A stretch of 58,346 bases of DNA, the filler included, from Bipalium vagum (Eukaryota), in assembly GCA_037834085.1 (NCBI GenBank). It is 3 parts of 3 records of this genome, joined end to end, with 100 filler letters (N's around TTAATTAATTAA, not from the genome) between each part and the next. Parts side by side here need not be neighbours in the genome. Positions count along the whole stretch, not along the records: positions 1 to 19,471 come from JBBMKC010002683.1; positions 19,572 to 42,283 come from JBBMKC010217577.1; 1 more part is not named here. The stretch is one strand, 5' to 3'. The notes under the pieces are model-generated. The model did not search any database. It worked only from the letters and a program-made list of their open reading frames with translations, and had not been told where the DNA came from. Below are positions 15,101 through 28,054 of this stretch, piece by piece; within the stretch, counting starts at the first letter, position 1; each line of letters opens with the position of its first letter. The position numbers were made by a program, and so were the translations under genes.

Positions 15101-18100
15101 TGTAAATAATTTATTTAAAAATTATTTTATTTTAATCCGTACAATTATATATTCCATTTAAAAGCTTATATATTACTCTCTTTAAAGTATTAATCCCAGA
15201 TAGCTCGTGTGTTAATAAACTTCTCAAGAGATATCATGAAATAGACAGGTGGTCCCAAAAATCTTTGTCTCTTTCACATATTTATTCAGACAGTATTTGA
15301 ATTAGGTTTTTCCTCATTTAAAAAACAATTTATATATTTTTGATAAAAATTGTAATAATTAGTTAATAATACAATGCAGTCTATATGTTTTGGGTCACCA
15401 TGTAAAAATGGACATAATAGTAGATTTTGGTTTAAATTAGAAGTTTTATGATTTGAAATACTTTAATTTAGATACATGCAGAGTATGATGGTTTTGGACG
15501 CAATCAAAGAAAATTGTATCATAAGTCTCATAAGTGTTCAGATCGCATGAATTCTGATGCCTATCATGATGTATTGAAGAAAGAGTTGCTGCCAATATAT
15601 GAGGCACAGAATATATTTCAACAAGACGGATCTCCATGTCATATGTCAAGATTGGTGACTTCATTTATGAAAAAGTCCATGTTTTATGTACTGAGTGATT
15701 GGCCGGCTCAATTATTAGATCTGAATATAATCGAGACTGTGTGGACTGATCTGAAAGCCAGAGTTGCTATATACAGACCGGCAAACAGTGAGACACTGTG
15801 TAAGAATTTCGAAGGAGCAGTAGGCGATGATTATAATATCTAAGATTAAAAATCTTTATGAAATTAAATTGTTTTTACAAGATTAATTAATAATATTTTA
15901 CCAAGAAGGATCAAAGAGGTAATTAAAAATAAAGATATGAATACAAAGTCTAAATTCGAGTATCTTAATTGTTCACGAGGTTGACTGTTTCTTATTTGAA
16001 ATGTAAATAAAAGATGTTTTACTGAAGTTTTAGTCTTCTATTTAAAAAACCTTTAAAATGGATGTTTTTGAAAAAATCGGTTTTTCTACATTTACAAAAA
16101 TAATGCTTTAGAAAGTTTTGTTTGGAAACATGTATTTCAACATATTCTCTGATATAGTTAAATAAAAACTGAATTAAAGTACTTATAGTATTATATGTCC
16201 ATCATTTTTATGGAAATAAGAGATGACCCAAAACATATAGACGGCAATGTAATAATCGCAAATTAAAAAACAATATTACTTTATCATTACATCCAAGATC
16301 CGAATCAGCTTCTGATGTCCTGGTACGATTTAAAATGCTGATCAGCCAGACTATGCAACATCGAAAGGAATAGATGGTAATCTCTAAAGCTAGTATCTGG
16401 CGAATACAGCGGGTGAGGTAGAACTTTATATTTAACGGTTTCTAAGTATCCTTTAACCGGTTGCGAAGTATGCTGCCGACCAATGTTATGCTGCAAAATG
16501 ACTTTAACATGTCTGTTGACTTAATATAGTCGTTCATCCTTTACTGTTTGGATTAAACGAATCAAATATGTGATTGCTTTGTTCGGCTGCAACTACATAA
16601 CTGATCAAATCAAATACACAGCATGAGGTTTTGTCTATAAATATTTGGCTTTGGCGTCAATGTTGATGTATGACCAAGATGTTTCCATTAAATTTTCTGC
16701 TTGGTGTTACTGTAATGCACCAGTTTTTAATCACCTGTTACAATGCAATGAAAAAATCCTTTTAGTTTTTGAGATTGAAGCAACCGCTCACAAGTACACA
16801 AACGACATTCTACAATAAAATATGAATAGCATAAAACTTTAATAACATAATTCTTGAGAGAGAATTGTGCATCATTTAATGAATAGATTTCAGAAGGAAA
16901 ACAAATGATTTTGTTTTTCAAAATATACATATAATTTCATATTTTTATAATATAAAATGATTTTTTAAAAACTTTTGATCATTTTGATTTTTTTATTTCC
17001 AACTTACTTATTTCAAAAAAATAATAAAATAAAATGATCCTTGAAATTAACTAAATAATATTAAAGTAATGTTAACTCCTATAAATAATAGTTTAATTTA
17101 TTATAAAAATATTTACTTATTTTAGTCTTGGCTTTTGTTTTGATTCTGGCCATGTATGATATTACAATTGGATCCATTGATGAAGTCACGTAAGACAACT
17201 ATTACTTTTTATTATATGCTTTGGTTTTAAAAAACTATTTTATTTTAGTATTAAAGTAAATGATAAAAAGGAAATAACATTTTCAGAAAATGTTATTTCA
17301 TATTTTTTATTGTTTTTAAATTAGTTGCTCATATTATTATTTATTTTATTTTATTTATTATTTATTATTATTATTATTAGTTGAAATTTTAGATAAATAT
17401 TTATTTAAAAACCTATTTAAAATAAAATCTTACTAAATCATTATTATTTTTGAGATACTTCTCTCTGAAATACTTTTAGCATTGTTTCTAATTCTGATAG
17501 AGTAAAGGTTTTGCTGAAGTGTCTTTAATCTTCTTGTTTGACAATAAAAATCTTTGGTTTCGAATGAAATAAAACGTTTTTACTTCAAAATAACAAAGTG
17601 ATAATGAAATACGAATCTTTCCTTGTGAAAACTTTTCTTTTAATACTTATGGGGTTTCCCTTTAATAATTCATTAGCTAATGTAAACCGATATGTTTTCC
17701 GTTTGTATAATTTACAACATATATTAAATGTTTCGATCTATCGATAACTTTTTGCATATTTATAGCCATTTAAAATAATTTTATTATTTTAATACGCATT
17801 ATGTACAATTTTATAATAATAAAATTAGATAGGTCCTCTCAATTTCTGTAACCATCTCAAAAAAAATATATTATTTAGGCTGTACCCTATGGGTTATGGT
17901 GCATTTCATTTGGTCATTTTCCCCATGTTCGGAATTTTAGGATTCTCCATTATTTTAACGGGAATTTCGTGTTTTACACCAAAACGGGGATGTATGCTTA
18001 TCATGGTCGCAATTTATCCCTTGATCCTGTTGCACATGGCCTCCTTTTATTTGATGATGATCATTAAAGAGCACGATGATTATGAGATTCTGAAATACTT

Positions 18101-18230
18101 CTATTTCTCTTGTGGAATATTCCTCCAGGCCCTATATTTATCAATGTGGCTTATTACTCTAATCGTTTTACCGATAAAGGAAATTACGGTTTTCGGTAAA
18201 AGAGATGCTGGTAGTATTACATTTCATTAA
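8757..18230 (+). CDS. Divergent adhesion-type (family B2) GPCR with GAIN/GPS and 7TM. Exons ~8757-9027, 9074-~9306, 9560-9672, 10364-10475, 10521-10823, 10867-11048, 11094-11135, 13791-13902, 13949-14102, 17126-17189, 17879-18230
   Basis: All joins from 9560 to the stop are GT-AG and phase-consistent. GAIN-A-like LANVT...SNDILHLL...LSVLDQKELLIW. GPS-like CNVW...C...CQCSQLGVW. Seven hydrophobic helices follow, including TM3 YTLMLGGVQLILY (cf. WMLxEGxxLY), TM6 YPLILL and TM7 YFYFSCGIFLQALYL (cf. SLQGFFI). The start codon and the 9306/9560 junction are uncertain. Confidence 0.75.
12751..13209. mobile_element. Non-autonomous Tc1/mariner-superfamily MITE (Tc2/pogo-like CCGTA termini) in a GPCR intron
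   Basis: 14-bp TIR CCGTAGATACGCGA...TCGCGTATCTACGG with TA on both sides (12749-50, 13210-11). Subterminal repeats of GCGTTATACTCGCG. No transposase ORF. Confidence 0.8.
12944..13015 (+). tRNA. tRNA-Ala-derived pseudo-tRNA, the same unit as in the 54-kb LTRs
   Basis: Acceptor stem GGAGATG/TATCTCC, A-box TAGCTCAGCGG, B-box-like GATTCGAATCC. The anticodon arm cannot form a canonical 5-bp stem with 7-nt loop. Flanks TTAGTCG and GATAAATTTTCACTAA are shared with the LTR copies. Confidence 0.75.
14340..14600 (+). mobile_element. Mariner transposase 3' remnant
   Basis: Translates as VIPYPSYSPDVVASDFHLF...FENGIRKIAGRW (YSPDLAPxDF motif) with stops. Confidence 0.7.
15480..15950 (+). mobile_element. 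Tc1 (DD34E) transposase 3' remnant
   Basis: ORF 15514-15843 contains FQQDGSPCH...DWPAQLLDLNIIETVW (WPxQSPDLNPIE motif). Confidence 0.8.
16270..16830 (-). mobile_element. Mariner (Mos1-like) transposase remnant
   Basis: FFHCIVTGD, QHNIGRQH and VLPHPLYSPDTSFRDYHLF in broken frames. Confidence 0.75.
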
Positions 18231-18531
18231 ATACAAACATATATTGATATCTTTACAGTTTTGAAAAAAGAGTATATTTACTTTATCAAAATGGAATAAA
18301 GTCCGTGGAAACTGACACCTTCCAGAGATCTTAATGGACTTCACAGTTGAATAATTTGATATAAAATATTTCAAATTCGTAAAGAAAAAAGAAAAAATAT
18401 TTATTTCGATTAATTCTACAAAATATCACTTATAAGAGTTGAGTTCCCAAAACGTGACTTCATTTTTAGATTACACCAACTTATTAATTATATATAATTA
18501 ATAATTTTTTTTTCATTTAAAGAAAGTTTTT

Positions 18532-19170
18532 TCAAAGATATTGATTTATCACACAATATAATGCAGCAGCGTCATAACCGAAGATCGCTTGAATTTCATA
18601 TGGTAAGTGTTGATAAACAAGAAACAACAGCAATCCTTATGTTGAAAAATCATCATTAAGTTTATAGGAATACACACACCAATATCACTGACCGTCAAGT
18701 CCTATCTGTAGGCCATATATAAGTGATTCCTTTTCCAAAGAACAAGATGATTTTGATAATTTCTTGGATCTCATATTCATTTATAGGTTTTATCCCAAAA
18801 ATGAAATGATGAAAAGATCTTAATATTTGAAAAAGTGGTAGAATAATACGTGAATTATTATTATGATTCACAATTGTTTATCTTAAATCTTCAAACTTTA
18901 TTTGATGTACTTTTGAAATGCGTGCTTTTCGAACTCTGTTTTCAAGTAATATTCAAATATCTGTTCTCTATGACTTTCCAATCGCAAGACAGTTAACAAT
19001 GTTTCTTATTTCTTTTGCTGATATTTTTAAGTTGATTTTTATTAATACTATTTTTAAAATTTTTGTACCATCAGCTATAAATTTGATTTCTCTTCTATGA
19101 AGATAATTGAACTCACCTCCACTGAATCTGGCATAAATAGTTGATCATGATCTGCACTAGGTTTTCTCAC
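18532..19170 (-). CDS. Probable 3' exons of an unidentified spliced gene
   Basis: The last join DLTVSDI-G|LLLFLVYQHLPYEIQAIFGYDAAALYCVINQYL* spans a short GT-AG intron. An exon-like RVRKPSADHDQLFMPDSVE ends at a GTGAGT donor near 19116. Intermediate joins could not be resolved. Confidence 0.3.
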
Positions 19171-19471
19171 TCTACTAAAAGATTAGATTTTTATATATAC
19201 CAATATTTCTTATATATTCCCCTGTTTTTTATACCTTATTAATGAAATTTAAATAAATCTGAAAATTTCTCAAACCAAAACTGGATTAATAAATCATTTA
19301 AAATTAAAGTCATAATGAACAATTAAAACATAATGAAGAACATTATATTAGGGTGTCACATAAAAATGAACGTTTTTGTTATAATGATATAAAATAAAGA
19401 AAATATGTTCTTGAATTAATAAATATAAAACATTGATTATTTATTTTGAATATTTAAAATTTTCTGAATAA

Positions 19472-19571
19472 NNNNNNNNNNNNNNNNNNNNNNNNNNNNN
19501 NNNNNNNNNNNNNNNTTAATTAATTAANNNNNNNNNNNNNNNNNNNNNNNNNNNNNNNNNNNNNNNNNNNN
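19472..19571. other. Assembly spacer N44-TTAATTAATTAA-N44
   Basis: A 100-nt gap with a six-frame stop linker; artificial. Confidence 0.97.
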
Positions 19572-21565
19572 GTCATGATATTGTTCTCAAAATTATGAAA
19601 TTTTTATCATTTATATTACCACTGACTTTTGGGACACCCTGTATATATGCAATTAACTCTTTACTTTTCCACCATTTGTTATAAGCTTTATTATACATGT
19701 ATTTATAATGAAGTTTCAGAAAGTCCCGTAACAATTAAATCAAATCACAAATTTATCCAAAACTGTTAAGAATCAAAGATTTTAGTTCTTTACAATTTAG
19801 AACTGAAAATTCTTCTAAAATTTAATGTGATGTTCTATTTAGCTAAAATCATTTTTTGTAAAATCATGTCAAATATACACCGTATATACAAGTTATTTCT
19901 TTTTGTATAACCCCAAGGTTCAGTGAGTGGAGAATTGATTTTCTGTTGGATCATAGACCGGTCAATTTAAAATCAAGATGACTTAAATATATAACACGGT
20001 CTGTTGTATTACCTATCAGTAATCAGGTGTTAAAATTGATCATTTTTCCTTTAAAATAATCTTCAATCTCAGTAAAAAAAAGGTTTACAACAAATTTTTA
20101 AACATTTTGCATATAATCTGTGGTTTTTGTTAAATCTCCGATGAACAGACAGTGTTGATTTGTTCACATTTTTATTATGCATATACTTAATGTAAAATTG
20201 GATTAATTACGTGTTACCCAGTTGTATTAGAACACAAAAGTGAAATTATGTTGACTTTTGAAATGTTGAAACTTTATCTTTTGCAATAAATGTTCCGTGG
20301 ATCATTTTTTCCATTTATAAAGCTAACTCACTAAGGTTACATACATTTTTATTTATTTTATTATATGACTTTTCTCTAATTTCAGTTAAATGTTCGAAAT
20401 ATCTTTGACTAGTCTCTGCATTTATCGATGGAGTCTCCAGAATTTTTAACATTTCTCAAGAAAAATCTTCTCATAAACCTGTGTTGGATTTAAAACTAGG
20501 TTAATTAAAAATCTCTAAAAGAAATACCCCAAAATCTTTTAAATTTTCTTAAACCTTAAGTACCTTTTGTTTGATAGCATCAATTTGTAATACCGTATTT
20601 CTCGAGTAACAGCTTTCCTTTATATCATTTAAATTTACATTTATGTAGTATTATGTTCCTGAAAATATAAGACTAATTATTAATACTAGATTTTATTGAT
20701 CACACTTTATTTATTGACTTATTTTTCGAACTATTGACTTTTATAAATTAAAATTTTTAGCAATGGTTGTTACTAAATTTTACTTAGTTCAAAATTCTAA
20801 TTTTATTGCCCAGAAAAATGCTTTCTTTTAAGTTTTTCTATTATTTCAACCTTTTTTACTTTTTCTTATTTTTTTTACTTAAATTCTGAACCAATTTTAA
20901 ACAATTTAAGAAACATTGACAATTTGTGCGTATAGAAATAATGTTTCAAACTGAATCATACCCCATCGACAATACTGCAATTTCCTATACCGTGGATAGC
21001 ATTCCCAGGATTGTTAAAGAGTACACATCATTCACAATCAAAAGTTATTGATAAATTTAAGTAACATTAGTCTTCATTCATTTTACGTTTGACTAAAGCA
21101 ATTAATCAAATCCTTAATTAAATTTTAATCGACCTTTCACTACAGCTTCGAAAAAGTTGAAACTATATAAATGATAAAGTCTTAATTAATCCCCTCGATT
21201 TTCACTCCAAAGATCCTAATATAATTTGATTAAAAATGATTTGGATATGTTTGTTACTATCAACATTTTCAAGACAAAAAAATACTTGATAATTTTTCAA
21301 TGTTCTCTATAACCGTTGAAATCATAATAATATAATATAATTTTTCAAATATAAGATAGAATAGTTTTTCAATAATTCAATATTACCAATAAATGAAAAT
21401 TTAAAAAATAACAATATAAAAAACCAATTTTATAAAACATCAAGAAATAGAATTTAAATTTTTAAAGAATATAAATATTTCGATTTTTATTTTAGCGAAT
21501 TTTAAAAGCAATAAAATTAAAAACTCAATTTCCTTAAAAACTTTCAAATTTGATTATCTTTATCA

Positions 21566-23441
21566 TTAGGTTGGTGCAAAAATAATATCGTTTTATAGCT
21601 ATAAAAGAAAAAAATTCATAACTAAAAGGAAAATAAACTTTATTAATCAAAATAATGTCCATGCGAGTCAATACATTTCTGCCAACGAGTGATGTGTTTA
21701 TTTATGCCTGTGGAATAAAAGTCTTTTTTTGGAGGCAACAAACTCATCAAAAGCTATTTCAGCATCGGGTCGGGTTTCGAAGCACATATTGACCAAGAAA
21801 TTATCCAGAGCCTTAAAGAAATGGAAATCTGTTGGCGAGAGGTCTGGTGAAAATTGGGGGTGAGTCAAAATCTCGTAGCCCAAATTGTTTATTTTCTGCA
21901 ATGTTTTTTGGGCGACTTTTGAGCGTGGTTGTCTTGCAACAGAGTTGGACCTTTTCTACTGATCAGTCCCGGACAGATGACTCGAAGCTTCCTATACATT
22001 TCGTCTATTTGCGGGCAGTATGTTTCTGCTGAAATAGTTTCGCCCGGACTTAGGAAGCTGCGATGGATCAGACCGGTCATGGACCACCAAACAGTCACCA
22101 TATTTTTAGGGTGCAAATTTAGCTTTGGGAAATGTTTCGGAGCTTCATTTCTATCCAACCATTTTGCCGATTATCCCAGAGAATCCATTTATCATCACAC
22201 GTCACGATTCGATTGAGAAATGAGTCGAGGTTGTTGCGCAAAAGCAGAGAAGATGCCATGTCGAAACGACGATTATTTTATTTTTCGCTCAAGTCATGTG
22301 GCACCCACTTATACATCTTTTTCACCTTTCCAATCTCATCTAAGTGTCGAAGTACTGTTGCATGAGCAACCGCAAGTTCCGCTCCGACTTCCCTTGTGAA
22401 TTTTGATGAATCAACTTCGATTATCTTCATTAATTTATCATTGTCAACTTTACGTGAACGACCGTGACCATCCTCATCTTCAAGGGTACCATCTCCTTGA
22501 CGAAACCGTTTAAACCAACGTTTCACCATACGCTGATTGACAGTTTCAGGACCAAATGCATTATTCATTTTGCGAGCCGTGGACATTTTGTTTCGGTGTT
22601 AGTGAACCGGGTTTACCTGGCATCACCCAAGCTGCTTTGCGTTTTGGATTGTAATAGCGAATCCATTTTTCGTCTCCTGTGATAATTCGATGCAAATAAC
22701 TTTTCCTTTTTTTCTGTGAAGAAAGACATGAAAAATTGTTTTTCGCCGTTCAATGCATCTTTCTGTCAATTCATGTGGGATCCAAATTCTTAATTTTCGA
22801 ATAATTCCTAAAGCTGTTAGACGTTTTGAAATGCATTGTTAAGTCACATTTAATGCGACAGCCAGATAAAATTGTGTTTAAAATGGATTTTCGTCCAACA
22901 GCCTTCTCAAATCTCTATCTTCACATTGTTTTTATGACTTCTCATGCTCCTTGTCGTTCGTATCATTTGGTAATTTTTAAAACGGCAAAACCAATCTTTA
23001 CATGTAGTAATCGAAGGAGCATGTTCTCCATATGTATCTCGAAGCAAGCGGTACGTTTCCCCTGCAGCTTTCTTGGCAATAAAGTAATGTAGAATTACTT
23101 CCAGCAAATGTCATTTATTTGGGATGAATATTGACATTTTGAATCGCTATAATTAAACAAGGAATATTAAAACAACTGTCTCGTGATATTATTAATTATA
23201 TGATATTTTTGTTTATAAATCAATTTAATATAATTTAGATACATATGCAAACAAAATTTATATTATCATTTTTAAAAAAACCGGAGTCATAGTTGTACAC
23301 CTAATAATTTATAATAAAATTTACTTTCAAAATTTTACTTTCAAAAAATTAGCAAAATATATTGAATTTTCAAACAAAACATTTATTAAAATGAATGAAA
23401 TTAATGACTTGCCAAAAAACATTATTTTTGCACCAAACTAA
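21566..23441 (-). mobile_element. Mariner element, Hsmar1/cecropia-like, degenerate, containing a second mariner
   Basis: TIRs TTAGGTTGGTGCAAAAATAAT and ATTATTTTTGCACCAAACTAA. Transposase pieces 22278-22586 (RWFKRFRQGD, WVPHDL), 21889-22158 (VTVWWS, LLQDN) and 21698-21901 (HPQFSPDLSPTDFHFF). Confidence 0.9.
22587..23304 (-). mobile_element. 5' half of a Mos1/mauritiana-like mariner nested in the previous element
   Basis: Single TIR TTAGGTGTACAACTATGACTCCGG. N-terminus MSIFIPNK...KKAAGETYRLL...DWFCRFK, then WIPHELTE and IITGDEKW, ending abruptly near 22587. Confidence 0.8.
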
Positions 23442-23701
23442 TAATATATTCTACTTTATTTAAAAAAATAATTGAAATAACAAATACAATAAAATATTCT
23501 TTAATAAATTAATTAAGGATTGATAGATAATTTTTAATAAAAATAATTTTTGATTATACAAAATTTAATTTAACAATAAATCGATAAAAATTTCTAAAAT
23601 TTGTGATTAATCAATTAAAAATCAATCGATAAGTTCATTCATTTGTTGTTTTTTATGGTTAAATTATTTCCTCACCCATAAAATCAATTTTAAAAATCAA
23701 A

Positions 23702-26700
23702 TTAAAAATAACGTACGTAATCTTTATTGTTGGATGTTCTTAATAAAACTTCTCTCAGTCGGAAACAACTCAATTCAACATCATCAATAGCAGAAATAAT
23801 AGTTTTTCGATCAAGAATACCGGGTTGACTCTTTTTCCAAGATGACTGCGTTGCAGAAATCGTATAAACAATTTGATATGTTAGTTCCATTATGGTAATG
23901 GCAGTTGACACAAGATCGCTGATGTATGTGATCTAATGGTAGATATTTTATTTTTTATATGGACAACAAAATAACAATCAATATACCAGTAATAAATAAC
24001 TGTCAGGAATTAGAGTTATTTGACAATTTCAAAAAAATAATAAATGATAAAATCAAATTTATATTTCTCGTAATTTTACCATGGGTTTTTATTTTTATCA
24101 GTTAAGGATTTTAGCTAAAGATGATGTTCGTTTTTACTATCTGATTTTGTTTTTTAAACTAAATTGAAGTTAGCATTTATACAGAATGTTTATTATGTAT
24201 CTTAACACAGTAGTATTTTCAATATTTTAATAAGCAATAAATACATGAAGTCTGTAATAAATTTGTTCGAAATAACATTTATTTAAAAGAAAATTAAAAT
24301 ATTTGATTACACAAAGAAATGTTTCCAAAGTTGTAATATTTATCTCCTTACATTATATATTTCTCTTTATAGAATGCACTTTCTAACCTCTACGAGAAGA
24401 AGTTAAATTGCAGTTAGATCGGACGAACCAGGATGTCACTCAATTAAATCTCGTCTCCCAATTTGGAGATTAAGGAATTTCAGTCCACCCAGTTTCTTAT
24501 CACATTTAATTAGAACTCCTGTGCCTCATCCTATTTTAAGTACTAACGATCCCTTGTTGCTTTAGACCATAAAGATTCGTTTGCATAGAACTTCCCATTC
24601 ATGAATTTTTTGCTGTGTGATTTTTGAAACGTATGACAAACCATTGTCATGGAGGAAATTTTTCAACCTTGCATTCATATTTTGGTGCGCAGCCCTTGGT
24701 TCACGTGCGGCTCGCTTATTGTGGATAGATATCCGAGTTGACCTTCTGGCCAAATTCCAGTACCTCAATGTACACAGCTTTTGGTTATGTTATTATATGA
24801 GATCTACTTTTCATACGATGTAAAGACAGTACCTCAATGTACACAGCTTTTTGTTATGTTATTAAATGAGATCTACTTTTCATACGATGTAAAGACTGTT
24901 TCAAAAAATCGATGTTCGTAGCACTGGTGAATCATGCAGCCTTTTTTGAAACGCTTAGCTGATGCGGTACCAATTTTTTCCAATACACATTTTTCACAAT
25001 AATAACTAAATATATATAATAAACTAAACAACTGAGACTTTTACACTTAGTAACATCTAATAAGAGTAGATCACAATTTATTGATCTAACCTATAAAAAT
25101 CTTCCAACAGTTTTCTCACAAAAAAAATCATCAAAATTTTTCACTGAAAGCATGTAGGAAGAAAACTATGATGAAAGAACTTGAACAAAGTTGATTATTT
25201 TTAACTTTTTATACTACTTATACTTTATCAGCCAATTATATATCATATGCTTAAACTTTTTAGAAATGCGAAGGTTAACTCAAAATTGGTATTAGTTTCC
25301 AAAAATTGAATTCTTACCTTGACATCTGTAGATATAGCCTCATATTCCTCTCCAAAAATAACATTTTCAAAATGTATGATTTCCGTTCTCATTACATTTA
25401 TATAATTCAATAATTCTTCGTGACAATCGGAAAATTTATGAAAGTCTCGATTTACCTTGTTCAAATGATGCAAAGATAACGGCCATAATTCCGTTGATGA
25501 TGATAGGAGTAACAATTCACAGTTCATTTGCAATTTCTGACCATTTACTATACTTTCAACTGATAGCTTCAACGAGGGCTTTATATTTTCAATATTTATG
25601 GAATATATTGGTTTATCGAAGCCTACTGTTTCCTAAATTTCGAATATAAAATAAAATTAATAAAATAAAAACTGACAACAATACTGGACAATGATTTTGA
25701 CTTTTTATTAGCAATTGTTTGGTTATTTTCAATGGAAAGATTATCACTATAATTAGAAGAACTTATTGATTTTTTTGATTTTTCATTTAAATTGTGAGAT
25801 GAAAAAGATATATTGGCATTGTAAGGAATAGACAAGGCTTCAATGTTTTGATTTTTATTATTTGAAACCTTTAATAACTGATGTCTATTGAACATCCTTA
25901 AAAGTCCATGTAATTAAATATTTTAAAATTTTAGATAAAATTATTTCAATTAAAAACCTGTACCAAACATTTAATAAATAATTATTAATAGGTTTGGGCG
26001 TATCAAAAATTAAAATACCTACTCCAAAAAGTAAAAATTAAAACAATGGTGTAGGTCATTTGATAATCAGAATTATATAACTTTCAACAAAGAATTATTT
26101 AAAAATTAATATTAACCAATCCTTAAAATTAAATGTCTACTAATACAGAATATTGTATAACTGTTTATCTTGCAATTAATGAAATCATAATTATTTAATT
26201 TTAATAAAATTCAAAAATTCAAAAACTATAAAAGCAGATTTAGAAGTTCCTTAGAATAATGCAAAACTGTAAATTATTCTAAAAAATGTAATTAATTTTT
26301 AAAAATATTGCAAAAATTTCAAAACCTATTTAGAAAAACTTATATTATAAATTAGATATGGATTACAAAACTTTATTTACAGGTATCTATATTATTCAAT
26401 CTATTAAAATTTGAAGTAAAATAATTCCGGGGTTTTCGGGTTTTAAATGTTTCTGAAGTTGAAGAATAGCTTTTAGCATTGAAAAACTTCTTTTGATTTG
26501 ATTTGAAGTTGAAGCACATTTCATGATATTTGAGCAATCGCTTGGAGATATATTTTGATTTTCGTATGCCATACTTTTTGGGAAATCAAATTTGTCTCAT
26601 CTAGAATTAAGATATTCGTTTAAATTTATTGGGTCTTTATCAAAATTCATTTTCTTTTTGATGGTCCAATTGAATACTATCTCCTTATTGCAATCATGTA

Positions 26701-28054
26701 ATGAATCAATAAATTCTATGAGACTTCCGTATTAATATTTAATGGCAATCACCATACTATATAAAGACTCATGAAAACAGGAAAATTTTGCTCTATGGTA
26801 TATTACGCCATCATCTTTCACAAATTTAAATAAATCTCTGACTTTATTCAAATTAATACAATAATTATCCACCACACTGAACCAGTTGTTCCATCTCGTC
26901 GCAATCAGTATTTTACAATCAGTATTTTTTTAGCCATGAATTTACCCTAACCATATAGAAATTTCAAAATTGATTGTCATCATTAGTAATCATTCAGCAC
27001 ATAATTAGTTTGAATACCTTCTAGTGTTTCTATTAATCGATATTTTAAATTCTACAGGTCTGGCGATAAGCATTATTTCTTTCTTCATTAGACCAACCTT
27101 ATATATGTAGGGCCTTGATCTCAATATTTCCATCGACAGATCCTACCGGTAGAGCAAATGATTCTAAGCTGGCTATTGAAATCAGGATCTTTAACACCAC
27201 TCATGGCTGATGATTGCTTTGGTATAAAGTATTCAGGTGTTAAGGTCCTAATTTATAAAAGGTTGAACTTAAAACAAAGGTTAATAGGACTTAACGGCGA
27301 AGGTTGCTCTTATTATTGATATTAAAAATGTTTAAATAATAACGTTAAATAAAATCAAATGCAAGTAAATCAAATTTTCAAAAATTATATTTTTAAATAA
27401 AATAGGGACTTTAATTTAGAAATGTGGGTGATCGTAATTGATGGATTTCAATATAATCTCTATTTTAGGGTTATTTTTAGTTTGGCCTTAAAAAGCCCTC
27501 TCACTCTAAGGCTCAGAGGTCCTCGAATAAGAAAAACAATTTAACTCACCGCCATACTGCTGCTTTTATACTGGGATTTGATTATTTGTTTTTTATCTTA
27601 TTTTTAATTTTTATATCCAATATTTTTGTTTTGCGTAATTTATTTTATGTATTTTTAAATTTTTAGTAACTTTATATATATATATATATATATAAATTAA
27701 AATATTTATATTTTATTTTTTATTATTATAATCATTATCCACCAAGGGCGATCTTACAATTAAAAATAAAAAAATATCAACATAAAATATAATGTAAAAT
27801 ATACAAAATACAAATGTTTAAATTTATATACACAAAAACACCAAAATGGTCACATAATATCACGTTAATATCAGATGTCTTAAAAACACAGATATCAATG
27901 TTTTGATTGTCTTCGAGTTTTGGATGGACTTGGAGGATTTTTTGATGGATTGGATGAGCTGGGAGGATTTGATGGGAGTCTCCATACTTTTATCAAATGG
28001 TCTTAACATTAATTTTTTGTTAAAAATATTATTAGATTTGTTATAAATTTTCAT
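23702..28054 (-). CDS. Unidentified multi-exon gene (exon-like segments near 27870-28054, 27550-27600, 27020-27250, 25684-25896, 25318-25622, 23702-23933)
   Basis: Phase-consistent joins such as STDVK|ITYISDLVSTAITIMEL and AAVWR|TLTPEYF, and a Ser/Asn/Lys-rich middle. One junction is unresolved and no domain was recognised. Confidence 0.45.
24590..24960 (-). mobile_element. Mariner remnant with an internal 69-bp tandem duplication (24758-24896)
   Basis: VLEFGQKVNSDIY and FLHDNG...KITQQKIHEWEVL. The unit CAGTACCTCAATGTACACAGC...TAAAGA occurs twice with few mismatches. Confidence 0.65.
26400..26950 (-). mobile_element. hAT-like transposase remnant
   Basis: IATRWNNWFSVVDNY (TRW motif) and STSNQIKRSFSMLKAIL...LKPEN (ERxFS dimerisation-like motif), interrupted by stops. 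Confidence 0.55.

Noticed and set aside
18880-19080. Stop-codon reassignment suggested by TAA-interrupted frames
   Set aside because: The confidently modelled genes have no internal TAA/TAG and end with TAA, TAG or TGA; introns explain the stops.
19516-19527. TTAATTAATTAA palindrome inside N runs (also 42328-42339)
   Set aside because: Artificial six-frame stop linker, not biological.
19900-21300. Scattered exon-like segments on the minus strand
   Set aside because: They could not be joined into a supported model.
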